From: Geotalea uraniireducens Rf4
Lineage (GTDB): Bacteria > Desulfobacterota > Desulfuromonadia > Geobacterales > Geobacteraceae
Direction: 5' to 3'
DNA: 32,000 nt
Assembly: GCF_000016745.1 (NCBI RefSeq)
Contig: NC_009483.1
Span: 4,980,001 to 5,012,000 of the forward strand
A program made the translations under genes and the position numbers. The notes beneath the pieces were generated by a model, which saw only the letters and a list, made by a program, of their open reading frames with translations, was not told the origin of the DNA and made no database searches. Below, piece by piece: positions 19,663-29,000 of this stretch (its first letter is position 1; each line of letters opens with the position of its first letter).

Positions 19663-19792
19663 AACCGCAAAGTACGCCAAGATCAAGCAAAGAAGGAAAA
19701 GGAAGAAAAACAAGTTTTTTGAATTCTTTGCGCCCTTCGCGTTTTAGGCCCTTCCTTTGGGTCTTTAGGCCCTTTGGGTCCTTTGCGGTTCA
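19663..19792 (-). repeat. ~130-nt imperfect palindrome with internal tandem sub-repeats in the gatC-gatA spacer
   Basis: Outer arms GAACCGCAAAG (19663-19673) / CTTTGCGGTTC (19782-19792). Inner arms GCAAAGAA (19688-19695) / TTCTTTGC (19725-19732). Tip AAAAAC-AA-GTTTTT. CCTTTGGGTC occurs twice (19754-19763, 19771-19780). Confidence 0.7.
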
Positions 19793-19803
19793 AAGATTTT
19801 CTG

Positions 19804-20091
19804 TTATTCGATTACCTTCGGTACGCGGAAAAAGCTTTCCGCCCGTTTCGGCGCGTTGCCGAGGGCATTTTCGATGCCAATGGAGGGAGTAACCTCATCG
19901 GCACGGAAGGCGTTTTCCATAGGAACGGCATGGGCGGTGGGAACGATGCCGTCGGTATCCAACTCGTTAAGTTTGTCCACATAGGCGAGGATCGCATCCA
20001 TCTGGCCGGTGAAGGTCTCCGCTTCCTGCTCTGTCAGCTCCAGGCGGGCCAGGAGCGCCACATGTTCGACTTCGGCTTTCGTTATCTTCAT
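19804..20091 (-). CDS. gatC: Asp-tRNA(Asn)/Glu-tRNA(Gln) amidotransferase subunit C
   Basis: Start taken at MKITKAEVEHVALLARLELTEQE (ATG at 20091, RBS GGAGA). 95 aa, typical GatC. Confidence 0.92.
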   Translation of the reverse strand: MKITKAEVEHVALLARLELTEQEAETFTGQMDAILAYVDKLNELDTDGIVPTAHAVPMENAFRADEVTPSIGIENALGNAPKRAESFFRVPKVIE

Positions 20092-20238
20092 GAATTCTCC
20101 AAAAGCGGGGTAATGTCTTAAAAAGCAGGTATTTTTAACATGAACCGGGGAAAAAGACAAGCCGGTTCAAGGCCATACGTTCCAGGATGTTATCCGTGCT
20201 TTTACGTAGAACTTGGAACATTAAACGTAGAACGGCGG

Positions 20239-22473
20239 TTATACCCTCTCAAGGCCGGCGAACCGCACCAGGAGTTTCTTCGGTCCGACCGTGTTGAACC
20301 AGACGATGACCTTCTGCTCGTTGCCGCTCCCCTCGATCTTGCGGATGGTGCCGACGCCGAACTTGCCGTGGCGCACCTTCATCCCCGGGTAGATTTCACC
20401 CTCCGCTTCATCCGGCACCACCCGCACCTCGTCGGCAAACTCCGGCTCCAGTTCCATCTCGAACACCGCGGCCAGGTTGTGCCTTGCAGGTTTTTCCTCA
20501 GCCCTCGCTCCTGGTTCCTCGCCCCTGCCTTTGTCAAAACCGAATCCGCTCTGATATCCTTCATCCTCCATATCCAGCAGCGCATGGGGGATGTCAGCCA
20601 GGAAGCGGCAGGGAGGGTTATACTGCTCCTGGCCGAAGATGCGGCGACGGCGGGCATTGGTCAGGTAGAGTCGCTCCTGCGCCCGGGTCATCCCCACGTA
20701 GCAGAGGCGGCGCTCCTCCTCCATCTGCTCCGGGTCTTCCAGGGAGCGGGCATGGGGAAAGAGCCGCTCTTCCATGCCGATCATGAACACAAGTGGAAAT
20801 TCCAGCCCCTTGGCCGCATGGAGGGTCATCAGGGTTGCAGATTCCCGCCCCTTTCCCTCCTGCTCCAGGTCGGAGATGAGCGCCACCTGTTCGAGAAACG
20901 CCGCCAGGGTTCGCTCCGCGCTGACCCGCTCGAATTCTTCCAATGCGGAGAGCAATTCCTGGAGGTTGGCCAACCGGTCCTGCGCCTCCTCGCTCCGTTC
21001 CTCCTGAAGCTTTACCGCATAGCCGGTTTCCAGGATGACCCGGGAAGCGAGATCCTTCAACGACGACGTCTCCACCATGCTTTCAAAGCCTTCCAGTAGT
21101 GCGACGAACCCGGCGATCTTTCCCCGCGGCCCCGATCCCAGAAGACCGCTCTCCGCCGCCTCGCGCAAGGCGTCGTAGAAGAGAATCCCCCGCCGCTGCG
21201 CCAGCTCGGAAATCTTATCCACCGTGGCATGGCCGATGCCTCGCGCCGGGGTGTTGATGATCCGCTTCAGGGCGATCTCATCGGCCGGATTGATCAGCAC
21301 CTTCAGGTAGGCGAGGATATCCTTGATCTCCTGCCGCGCATAGAAGCGCATGCCGCCGACCATGTGATAGGGAATCCCGTCCGCAACCATGGCGTCTTCC
21401 ACCACCCGCGACTGGGCGTTGGCCCGGTAGAAAACGGCCACGCCGGCAAGGTCGCCCCCTTTGCGCACATGCTGCTCTATCTGCCGGCAGACGTAGCGCG
21501 CCTCCTCCCGCTCGTCCGCCAGCCGCCGGTAGACTATTCTCTCCCCCGGCGGGTTCTCGGTCCAGAGCGTTTTCCCCTTCCGCCCGCGGTTCTTCGCGAC
21601 CACGGCCCCGGCAGCAGCGAGGATGTTCTGGGTGGAGCGGTAGTTCTGCTCCAGTTTCACCACCTTCACCCCGGGAAAATCCTCTTCGAAATCGAGTATG
21701 TTGCGGATATCTGCGCCGCGCCAACGGTAAATGGACTGGTCATCATCCCCGACCACGCAGAGGTTCTGCCTCTTGCCGGCCAAAAGCTTTACCAGCCGGT
21801 ACTGCACCGGGTTGGTATCCTGGTATTCGTCCACCTGTATCCAGCGGTAGCGCTCCTGGTAACGGACCAGCACCTCCGGGAACTGTTCGAACAACCGGAC
21901 CGTGAGCAGGACCAGATCGCCAAAGTCAAGGGCATTGCACTTTCTCAACCGCTCCTGGTAGGCGGCATAGACCTGTGCCACCTTTTCCGCCATGAAATCG
22001 CCAACCGGCACATCCTCCGGGGTCTTGCCGGCGTTCTTGCACTCGTCGATGGCGGCAATGAATGACTTGACGGGATAACGCTTCTCATCCAGGTTGAGCT
22101 CGGCAACGATCTCCTTGAGGAGCTTTTCCGCATCCTTGTCATCGTAAATGGCAAAATTGGCATCATAGCCCAGGTGATGGATCTCGCGGCGCAGAATGCG
22201 GGCACAGGCGGAATGGAAGGTGGAGATGAGAGGCAGCTCTCCGCCGCCAAGGAGCTTCTCCACCCGCTCGCGCATTTCCCCCGCCGCCTTGTTGGTGAAG
22301 GTGACGGCCAGTATCTGCCAGGGGGGCACGCTCCGCTCCTTGATCAGATATGCAATGCGGTGGACAATCACCCGCGTCTTGCCTGAACCGGCACCGGCCA
22401 GTATCAGCAGCGGCCCTTCCCCATGGAGGACCGCTTCCTTCTGGGGCGGATTGAGATTGTGGAGCAGCTTCAT
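20239..22473 (-). CDS. uvrD: UvrD/PcrA-family ATP-dependent DNA helicase (SF1)
   Basis: 744 aa. Walker A AGAGSGKT, motifs FTNKAAGEM, VDEYQDTN, LEQNYRST, TLMTLHAAKGLEF, and a C-terminal KFGVGTI Tudor-like tail. I cannot distinguish UvrD from PcrA by eye. Confidence 0.92.
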   Translation of the reverse strand: MKLLHNLNPPQKEAVLHGEGPLLILAGAGSGKTRVIVHRIAYLIKERSVPPWQILAVTFTNKAAGEMRERVEKLLGGGELPLISTFHSACARILRREIHHLGYDANFAIYDDKDAEKLLKEIVAELNLDEKRYPVKSFIAAIDECKNAGKTPEDVPVGDFMAEKVAQVYAAYQERLRKCNALDFGDLVLLTVRLFEQFPEVLVRYQERYRWIQVDEYQDTNPVQYRLVKLLAGKRQNLCVVGDDDQSIYRWRGADIRNILDFEEDFPGVKVVKLEQNYRSTQNILAAAGAVVAKNRGRKGKTLWTENPPGERIVYRRLADEREEARYVCRQIEQHVRKGGDLAGVAVFYRANAQSRVVEDAMVADGIPYHMVGGMRFYARQEIKDILAYLKVLINPADEIALKRIINTPARGIGHATVDKISELAQRRGILFYDALREAAESGLLGSGPRGKIAGFVALLEGFESMVETSSLKDLASRVILETGYAVKLQEERSEEAQDRLANLQELLSALEEFERVSAERTLAAFLEQVALISDLEQEGKGRESATLMTLHAAKGLEFPLVFMIGMEERLFPHARSLEDPEQMEEERRLCYVGMTRAQERLYLTNARRRRIFGQEQYNPPCRFLADIPHALLDMEDEGYQSGFGFDKGRGEEPGARAEEKPARHNLAAVFEMELEPEFADEVRVVPDEAEGEIYPGMKVRHGKFGVGTIRKIEGSGNEQKVIVWFNTVGPKKLLVRFAGLERV

Positions 22474-22660
22474 GTATCTCCCTCTTGACCGACATCAGTT
22501 ATAATCCTTGGGAATCCTAAATTTTTTACCGGCTTAAATCAAGCGCAAATCTTCCGCCACCGACTCTCCATGGGCTCCATTTCTTGATTGTCCTGATGCT
22601 TTCGCGGCAACTCCCCTGCTGTTGGCGGTACGCGGTGTCCCGCCTGCATGAGAAAAACCC

Positions 22661-22689
22661 TTTACAAATTCCGGTCGCTATACTATTAT
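22661..22689 (+). promoter_or_regulatory. Candidate sigma70-type promoter for tRNA-Ser (and possibly SRP RNA)
   Basis: TTTACA (22661-22666), 17 nt, TATTAT (22684-22689), ending 13 nt before the mature tRNA 5' end. Confidence 0.4.
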
Positions 22690-22702
22690 TTCCCTTTCCT
22701 GC

Positions 22703-22793
22703 GGAGAGATGTCCGAGCGGTTGAAGGAGCACGCCTGGAAAGCGTGTGTACGTTAATAGCGTACCGAGGGTTCGAATCCCTCTCTCTCCGCCA
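22703..22793 (+). tRNA. tRNA-Ser (anticodon GGA), class II with long variable arm, CCA encoded
   Basis: Acceptor GGAGAGA/TCTCTCC, anticodon stem CACGC/GCGTG with loop CTGGAAA, long variable arm GTACG..CGTAC, T arm GAGGG-TTCGAATC-CCTC, 3' GCCA. Confidence 0.93.
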
Positions 22794-22830
22794 TACTTAA
22801 AGACTGTATGGCGTATCCACTAATTGCCCT

Positions 22831-22960
<130 letters not shown>

Positions 22961-23028
22961 TTTCCCCGATTTTTTTTGCCCCCCTTCAAACCTGTTAACA
23001 GTGTACGCCGTTATGAGGTTATAATCCT

Positions 23029-24768
23029 TTGTCATATCTCGTGTTGGCTAGAAAATGGCGGCCTCAGACCTTCAGCGACCTGATCGGCCAGGAGCACGTC
23101 AGCCGCACCCTGCAAAATGCCATCGATACCGGCAGGGTTGCTCACGCCTTCCTCTTCACCGGCGCCCGTGGCGTGGGGAAGACCAGTTCGGCCCGCATCC
23201 TGGCAAAGGCGCTGAACTGCGAGCAGGGGCTCACCACCGAACCGTGCAACACCTGTCCCTCCTGCACGGAGATCACCGACGGCAATTCGGTGGATGTCTT
23301 TGAAATCGATGGCGCCTCCAACACCGGTGTGGACGACATCCGGGAACTGCGCGACAACGTCAAATACCTTCCTTCCCGCAGCCGCTACAAGATATTCATC
23401 ATCGACGAAGTCCACATGCTTACCAACAACGCGTTCAACGCGCTGCTGAAGACCCTGGAAGAACCCCCTGCGCACGTAAAGTTCATCTTCGCCACTACCG
23501 AGCCGCACAAGGTTCCGATCACCATCCTCTCCCGCTGCCAGCGCTTTGATTTCAAGCGGATCGCCCTGCAAAAGATCGTTGACCGGCTGCGTTACATCGT
23601 CGATCAGGAGCAGGTGTCCGTCAGCGACAAGGCCCTCGCCGTCGTCGCCCGCAAGGGTGACGGGAGCATGCGCGACTCGCTTTCCACACTGGACCAGGTG
23701 CTGGCCTTTTGCGGGCAGACAGTTACGGATGAGGATGTTGCCGGGCTTCTGGGTGTAGTCGACCGGCGACTCCTGCTGGAAGCATCGCAGTCGATCTTCG
23801 CCAGGGACAGCCGTGCAGCGCTGGAGATCGTCAAGCGGGTCGATTCCTTCGGCTACAACATGCGTCAATTCTGTCAGGAGTTGATCGATCATTTCAGGAA
23901 CATCACCATCCTGCGCACTGTTGTCGATGCCGCCGACATCCTTGACCTGTCCGAGGGGGAAATCGCCGAATTGAAAACCCAGGCCTCGGCCACCCCCCCT
24001 GCCGACCTGCAACGGCATCTGTCGATACTGCTCAAGGCGGAAGGCGAAATGGCCCACTCCACCTTTCCCCGCCTTGTTCTGGAAATGGCGCTCTTGAAGA
24101 TGGCCTCATTGAGCCCCCTCATCCCGATCAATGAGCTGCTGGATCGACTCAAAGCCCTCGAAGGAAGGACCTCTGCGTCGACGGTTGCATCTCCGACGCC
24201 GACATGGGAAAAGTCTGCTCCCCGCCCGGAAAGCACAGCCCACCAAACGGATAAAAGTACCGTATCTCCACCGGCACAGAACGAGAGCCGCCAACCATCA
24301 CCGCCCCAGCAAGCCGCTGCGGCAGGCGATACTCACCGTGACAATGCCCCCCCTCCCGCAACGGGAGATGCGTGGTCCGGTTTTGTCGCTTTTGTCAGAG
24401 GGAAAAAGCCCTTTCTCGCTTCTTTTCTCGAGTACGGCCGGCCGCTCGCCGTTTCAGCGGAACTCCTGGAAATCGGGTATCCGGCGGGCTCTTTCCAGCT
24501 CAGCAAAATGCAGGACCCGGACTCCCTGGCAGAGTTAAAAGGTTTGGCGCAGCAGTTTTTTCGACGCGAACCCGGTATACGTTTCAAATCCCTGACGGAG
24601 GGGGGCGGCGACGTTCCACAGAGTCTCCTGGAAAAAAAAAGTCTTGAAGAAACCAATCGCAAGCAACAGCTGAGACAAAAAGCCATGGAACACCCGCTGG
24701 TCAACGCGGCCCTGGAGGTCTTCGGCGGCGTGATGGGCGAAGTCGTGAAGATAGACGACAAGCGGTAG
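23029..24768 (+). CDS. dnaX: DNA polymerase III subunit tau (gamma/tau)
   Basis: TTG start giving MSYLVLARKWRPQTF. Walker A GARGVGKTS, Zn module CNTCPSCTEI, sensor SRCQRF, Pro/Gln-rich linker, C-terminal domain. Confidence 0.95.
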   Translation: MSYLVLARKWRPQTFSDLIGQEHVSRTLQNAIDTGRVAHAFLFTGARGVGKTSSARILAKALNCEQGLTTEPCNTCPSCTEITDGNSVDVFEIDGASNTGVDDIRELRDNVKYLPSRSRYKIFIIDEVHMLTNNAFNALLKTLEEPPAHVKFIFATTEPHKVPITILSRCQRFDFKRIALQKIVDRLRYIVDQEQVSVSDKALAVVARKGDGSMRDSLSTLDQVLAFCGQTVTDEDVAGLLGVVDRRLLLEASQSIFARDSRAALEIVKRVDSFGYNMRQFCQELIDHFRNITILRTVVDAADILDLSEGEIAELKTQASATPPADLQRHLSILLKAEGEMAHSTFPRLVLEMALLKMASLSPLIPINELLDRLKALEGRTSASTVASPTPTWEKSAPRPESTAHQTDKSTVSPPAQNESRQPSPPQQAAAAGDTHRDNAPPPATGDAWSGFVAFVRGKKPFLASFLEYGRPLAVSAELLEIGYPAGSFQLSKMQDPDSLAELKGLAQQFFRREPGIRFKSLTEGGGDVPQSLLEKKSLEETNRKQQLRQKAMEHPLVNAALEVFGGVMGEVVKIDDKR

Positions 24769-24839
24769 CATAACCGTGTTTTAGTTTCAGCAAAAGCTGT
24801 TTATTGTAAATAAAACTACGAAGGTCTCCGGAGGAAAAG

Positions 24840-25154
24840 ATGTCAAAAGGTTTAGCGTCGATCATGAAGCAAGCTCAGATGATGCAGCAGAAAATGGGTA
24901 AATTGCAGGAGGAAGCCGCACAGAAAACCGTGGAAGCCACATCCGGCGGTGGTGCGGTTACCGCCGTGGTAAACGGCAAGAATCAGCTTATTTCCCTCAC
25001 CATCAAGAAAGAGGCGGTTGATCCGGAAGATGTTGAAATGCTGCAAGACCTTGTCGTGGCAGCGGTTAACGAGGCACTGGCCAAGGTTCAAACTGAAATG
25101 GCCGAACAGATGAACAAGATAACCGGCGGCATCAACATCCCCGGCCTCTTTTAG
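24840..25154 (+). CDS. ybaB: YbaB/EbfC family nucleoid-associated protein
   Basis: 104 aa. MKQAQMMQQKM...GGGAVTAVVNGKNQLISLTI...DPEDVEMLQDLVVAAVNEAL is typical of the family. Conserved dnaX-ybaB-recR synteny. Confidence 0.93.
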   Translation: MSKGLASIMKQAQMMQQKMGKLQEEAAQKTVEATSGGGAVTAVVNGKNQLISLTIKKEAVDPEDVEMLQDLVVAAVNEALAKVQTEMAEQMNKITGGINIPGLF

Positions 25155-25171
25155 TTGTTTTTTCCCGAATC

Positions 25172-25224
25172 AGGCCCGTTTTCCAGCGCATATATTCATT
25201 TATACGATTATTGAAAACGGGCCT
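25172..25224 (+). other. 12-bp inverted repeat with an AT-rich 29-nt loop downstream of ybaB
   Basis: AGGCCCGTTTTC (25172-25183) pairs perfectly with GAAAACGGGCCT (25213-25224). No T tract follows, so it is not a canonical terminator. Confidence 0.45.
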
Positions 25225-25331
25225 CCCTCCCCACAAACCCCCGGCATATCAACCAGTTGGTACTTGTTTTATTTATACTAAATATTTTTACTTATACTAC
25301 AATAAAAAGTTGTTTTACATTAGGCGAAAAT

Positions 25332-25925
25332 ATGCTACATATTTCAAGGTCATTGACGAAGCTGCTCGGGGAACTGAAGAAACTGCCCAGTGTTGGAGAC
25401 AAAACCGCCTTAAGGCTCGCCTTTCATCTCCTCAAGTCACCGGAAAACTTATCCGCTCTGGCCAAAAGTCTCTTGGAAGTCAGAGACGGGGTACGCTTTT
25501 GTTCCACCTGCTTCGGCATTACTGAAAGCGATCCCTGTCATCTCTGCACTACACCCAGGGATGATGCTTCGATCTGTGTGGTGGAAGAACCGCAGGACAT
25601 TCTGGCCATGGAACGCAGCCAGGCATTCAAGGGCCGTTATCACGTGCTGCACGGAGCGTTGTCACCCCTTAACGGCGTAACGCCCGGACAGCTGAGAATA
25701 GCCGAACTGCTTCAGCGCCTGGAAAATGGTTCCGTCAAGGAAGTGCTCCTTGCCACCAATTTTACCGTCGAAGGTGAGGCAACGGCACTCTACCTGACCA
25801 GGCTCATAAAACCATTGTCCATCAAAGTCACTAGACTTGCCCATGGCATTCCCATAGGCAGCGACCTGGAATACGTCGACGCCGCCACAGTGCAGCGGGC
25901 TGTCGAAGGGCGCTCTGAATTGTAG
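25332..25925 (+). CDS. recR: Recombination protein RecR
   Basis: Start taken at MLHISRSLTKLLGELKKLPSVGDKTALRLAFHLL (ATG at 25332). Zn finger CSTCFGITESDPCHLC and Toprim ICVVEEPQDILAMERS. The ORF-track extension from 25257 is AT-rich non-coding sequence. Confidence 0.93.
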   Translation: MLHISRSLTKLLGELKKLPSVGDKTALRLAFHLLKSPENLSALAKSLLEVRDGVRFCSTCFGITESDPCHLCTTPRDDASICVVEEPQDILAMERSQAFKGRYHVLHGALSPLNGVTPGQLRIAELLQRLENGSVKEVLLATNFTVEGEATALYLTRLIKPLSIKVTRLAHGIPIGSDLEYVDAATVQRAVEGRSEL

Positions 25926-26002
25926 CAATACTAGATTAAGGGCTCTCAGGTACTATTAAGCATCACATTAGTATAAGCAAAATAACCTACAGGAGGAAAT
26001 GT

Positions 26003-29000
26003 ATGAGTCGCAGAATGGTTACGATCGACGGCAACACCGCAGCAGCCCACGTAGCGCACGCAACCAACGAGGTAATCGCCATTTATCCCATTACGCCGTC
26101 TTCGGTTATGGGCGAGATCTCCGACGAGAAGAGCGCCAAGGGGGAGAAGAACATCTGGGGAACTGTGCCGCTTGTTGCTGAAATGCAGTCGGAAGGGGGT
26201 GCATCCGGTGCTGTTCACGGCGCCCTGCAGGCAGGGGCTATGACCACCACCTTCACCGCCAGCCAGGGTCTGCTGCTGATGATCCCCAACATGTTCAAGA
26301 TCGCCGGCGAGCTGACTTCCACTGTTTTTCATGTTTCCGCCCGCGCCATCGCTGCCCAGGCGCTTTCCATCTTCGGCGACCATTCAGACGTAATGGCCTG
26401 CCGCTCGACGGGCTGGGCCATGCTCTGTTCAAACAACGTTCAGGAAGTAATGGACTTCGCCCTGATCTCCCAGGCCGCAACGCTTCGCGCACGGATACCG
26501 TTCATCCATTTCTTCGACGGCTTCAGAACCTCCCATGAAGTACAGAAGGTTGAAGAACTTACCTTCGACGACATGCGGGCAATGATCAACGATGACCTGG
26601 TGCTGGCTCACCGCAAGCGGGCATTGTCCCCTGACAACCCGGTCATGCGCGGCACTGCGCAGAACCCCGACGTCTACTTCCAGGGTCGCGAGTCGGTCAA
26701 CAAATACTATCCGCCAACTGTCGGCATCGTTCAGGAAGAAATGGACAAATTTTCGAAACTGACCGGCCGGCAGTACAAGCTGGTTGACTATGTCGGCGCT
26801 GCCGATGCGGAGCGGGTAATCGTCGTCATGGGTTCCGCTGCGGACACAATCCATGAAACCGTCGAAACCCTGAGCGCAAAAGGCGAAAAGGTCGGTCTGA
26901 TCAAGATTCGCCTCTATCGGCCGTTCCCGGTTGACGCCCTTGTTGCTGCCCTGCCGGCAACCGTGAAAAAAATCGCCGTTCTCGATCGCACCAAGGAACC
27001 CGGTTCGCTTGGCGAGCCCCTCTATCTCGATGTACGGACCGCCATCGGCGAAGCAATGGCAGAAAAGAAGACCGCCTTCAGCCACTATCCGGCCATAGTC
27101 GGCGGCCGCTACGGCCTTGGCTCCAAGGAATTCACCCCGGCAATGGCGAAGTCCGTATTTGACAACCTGAAAGACGACCAGCCGAAAAACCATTTCGTGG
27201 TCGGCATCAAGGAAGATGTCTGCAACACGAGCCTTGATTTCGATGCCGCTTTCGCCAACACGGCTGCCGGCACCTATTCCGCCATGTTCTACGGCCTTGG
27301 CTCTGACGGCACAGTCGGCGCCAATAAAAACTCCATCAAGATCATCGGTGAGAAAACGGATAACAATGTTCAGGCTTACTTCGTTTACGACTCCAAAAAA
27401 GCCGGCAGCGTCACGACTTCCCATCTCCGGTTCGGCAAAAACATCATCCGCTCGCCGTACCTCATTGACCGTGCCGACTTTATCGCCTGTCACAACTTCA
27501 CCTTCCTGGAAAAATACGACATGCTGTCAAAGGCCAAGGAAGGCGCGACATTCCTCCTCTGCTCCCCGTTCGACAAAGACGAGGTTTGGGACCGGATGCC
27601 GATTGAAGTGCAGCAGCAGATAATCGCTAAAAAACTTAAGTTCTATGTCATCAACGCCATCAAGCTGGGTGAAGAGCTGGGCCTCGGCGCGCGCATCAAC
27701 GTAATCATGCAAACCGCCTTTTTCAGGATATCTTCCATCATCCCGCTTGAAATCGCCCTCGGCGCCATCAAGGACGCCATCAAGAAGAGCTACGGCAAAG
27801 CCGGTGAAAAGGTTGTCGAGATGAACAACAAGGCCGTTGACGCGGCCCTGGAAAATATTTTCGAAGTTGCGGTTCCTGCGAAAGCCGACAGCAAACTCAA
27901 AATGCCGCCGGTCGTCGGAAGTCACGCGCCTGCATTCGTTCAGGATGTGACGGCCGAAATCATTGCCGGCCGCGGCGACGACGTGCCCGTTTCGGCCATG
28001 CCTGCAGACGGCACCTTCCCCACCGCCACTTCCCAGTATGAAAAGCGAAATATTGCCGTGGAAATTCCGGTATGGGACGAAGCGCTTTGCATCCAATGCG
28101 GCATCTGCTCCTTCGTCTGCCCCCATGCAACCATCCGGATGAAAGCTTACGACCCATCCCTGCTCGCCAAGGCACCGAAGACCTTTAAATCGGTCGATGC
28201 AAAGGGTGCGGACTTCAGCGGCAATAAATTCACCCTTCAGGTTGCCCCTGAAGACTGCACCGGCTGCGCTGCCTGCGTCCATAACTGCCCGGCCAAGAGC
28301 AAGGATGACCCGAAACACAAGGCAATCAACATGCAGTTCCAGCCACCGCTGCGCGAAACTGAGGCGGCGAACTACGACTTCTTCCTTTCCTTGCCTGAAA
28401 CCGATCCGAAGCTGGTCAAGAAGGAAACCCTCAAGGGTAGCCAGCTGATCAGACCATTGTTCGAATACTCGGGAGCCTGTGCGGGATGCGGTGAAACTCC
28501 TTATCTCAAGCTTCTGTCCCAGCTCTTCGGCGACAGGGCGCTGATCGCCAATGCCACCGGCTGTACCTCCATCTACGGCGGCAACCTGCCGACCACCCCC
28601 TGGGCAAAGCGTGCCGATGGCCGCGGTCCGGCCTGGTCCAACTCGCTGTTCGAGGATAACGCGGAATTCGGCTTCGGCATGAGGCTGACGGTCGACAAAT
28701 TTACAGAAGCTGCCGGTGAACTGCTGGTGGAACTCATGGATTGCGGCTGCACGGCCTGCACATCCATGGCCGGACTGATGGGCGAAATAAAAAGTGCAGA
28801 CCAGTCGACCCAGGAAGGGATCGAAGCCCAGCGTACCCGCATCGAGAGCCTGAAAAAGGGGCTGGCCGCATGCACTGAACCCGCCGCAAAACGACTTATC
28901 TCCCTAGCGGATTACCTGGTCAAAAAATCGGTCTGGATCGTCGGTGGTGACGGTTGGGCTTATGACATCGGCTACGGCGGTCTCGACCACGTTATTGCTT

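Noticed and set aside
22474-22702. The switch of gene orientation at 22.5 kb (all minus-strand genes to the left, all plus-strand genes to the right), considered as a possible replication origin
   Set aside because: There is no cluster of DnaA boxes; only isolated partial matches such as TATCCAC at 22814-22820. There is no AT-rich unwinding element and no dnaA/dnaN nearby. The 229-nt spacer is adequately explained by divergent uvrD and tRNA-Ser promoters.
27231-27243. GCCTTGATTTCGA inside nifJ and TTTCAAATCC inside dnaX (about 24583-24592), which resemble parts of the dispersed repeat
   Set aside because: They are only 9-10 nt partial matches within conserved coding sequence (SLDFDA and RFKSL). 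This is consistent with chance.
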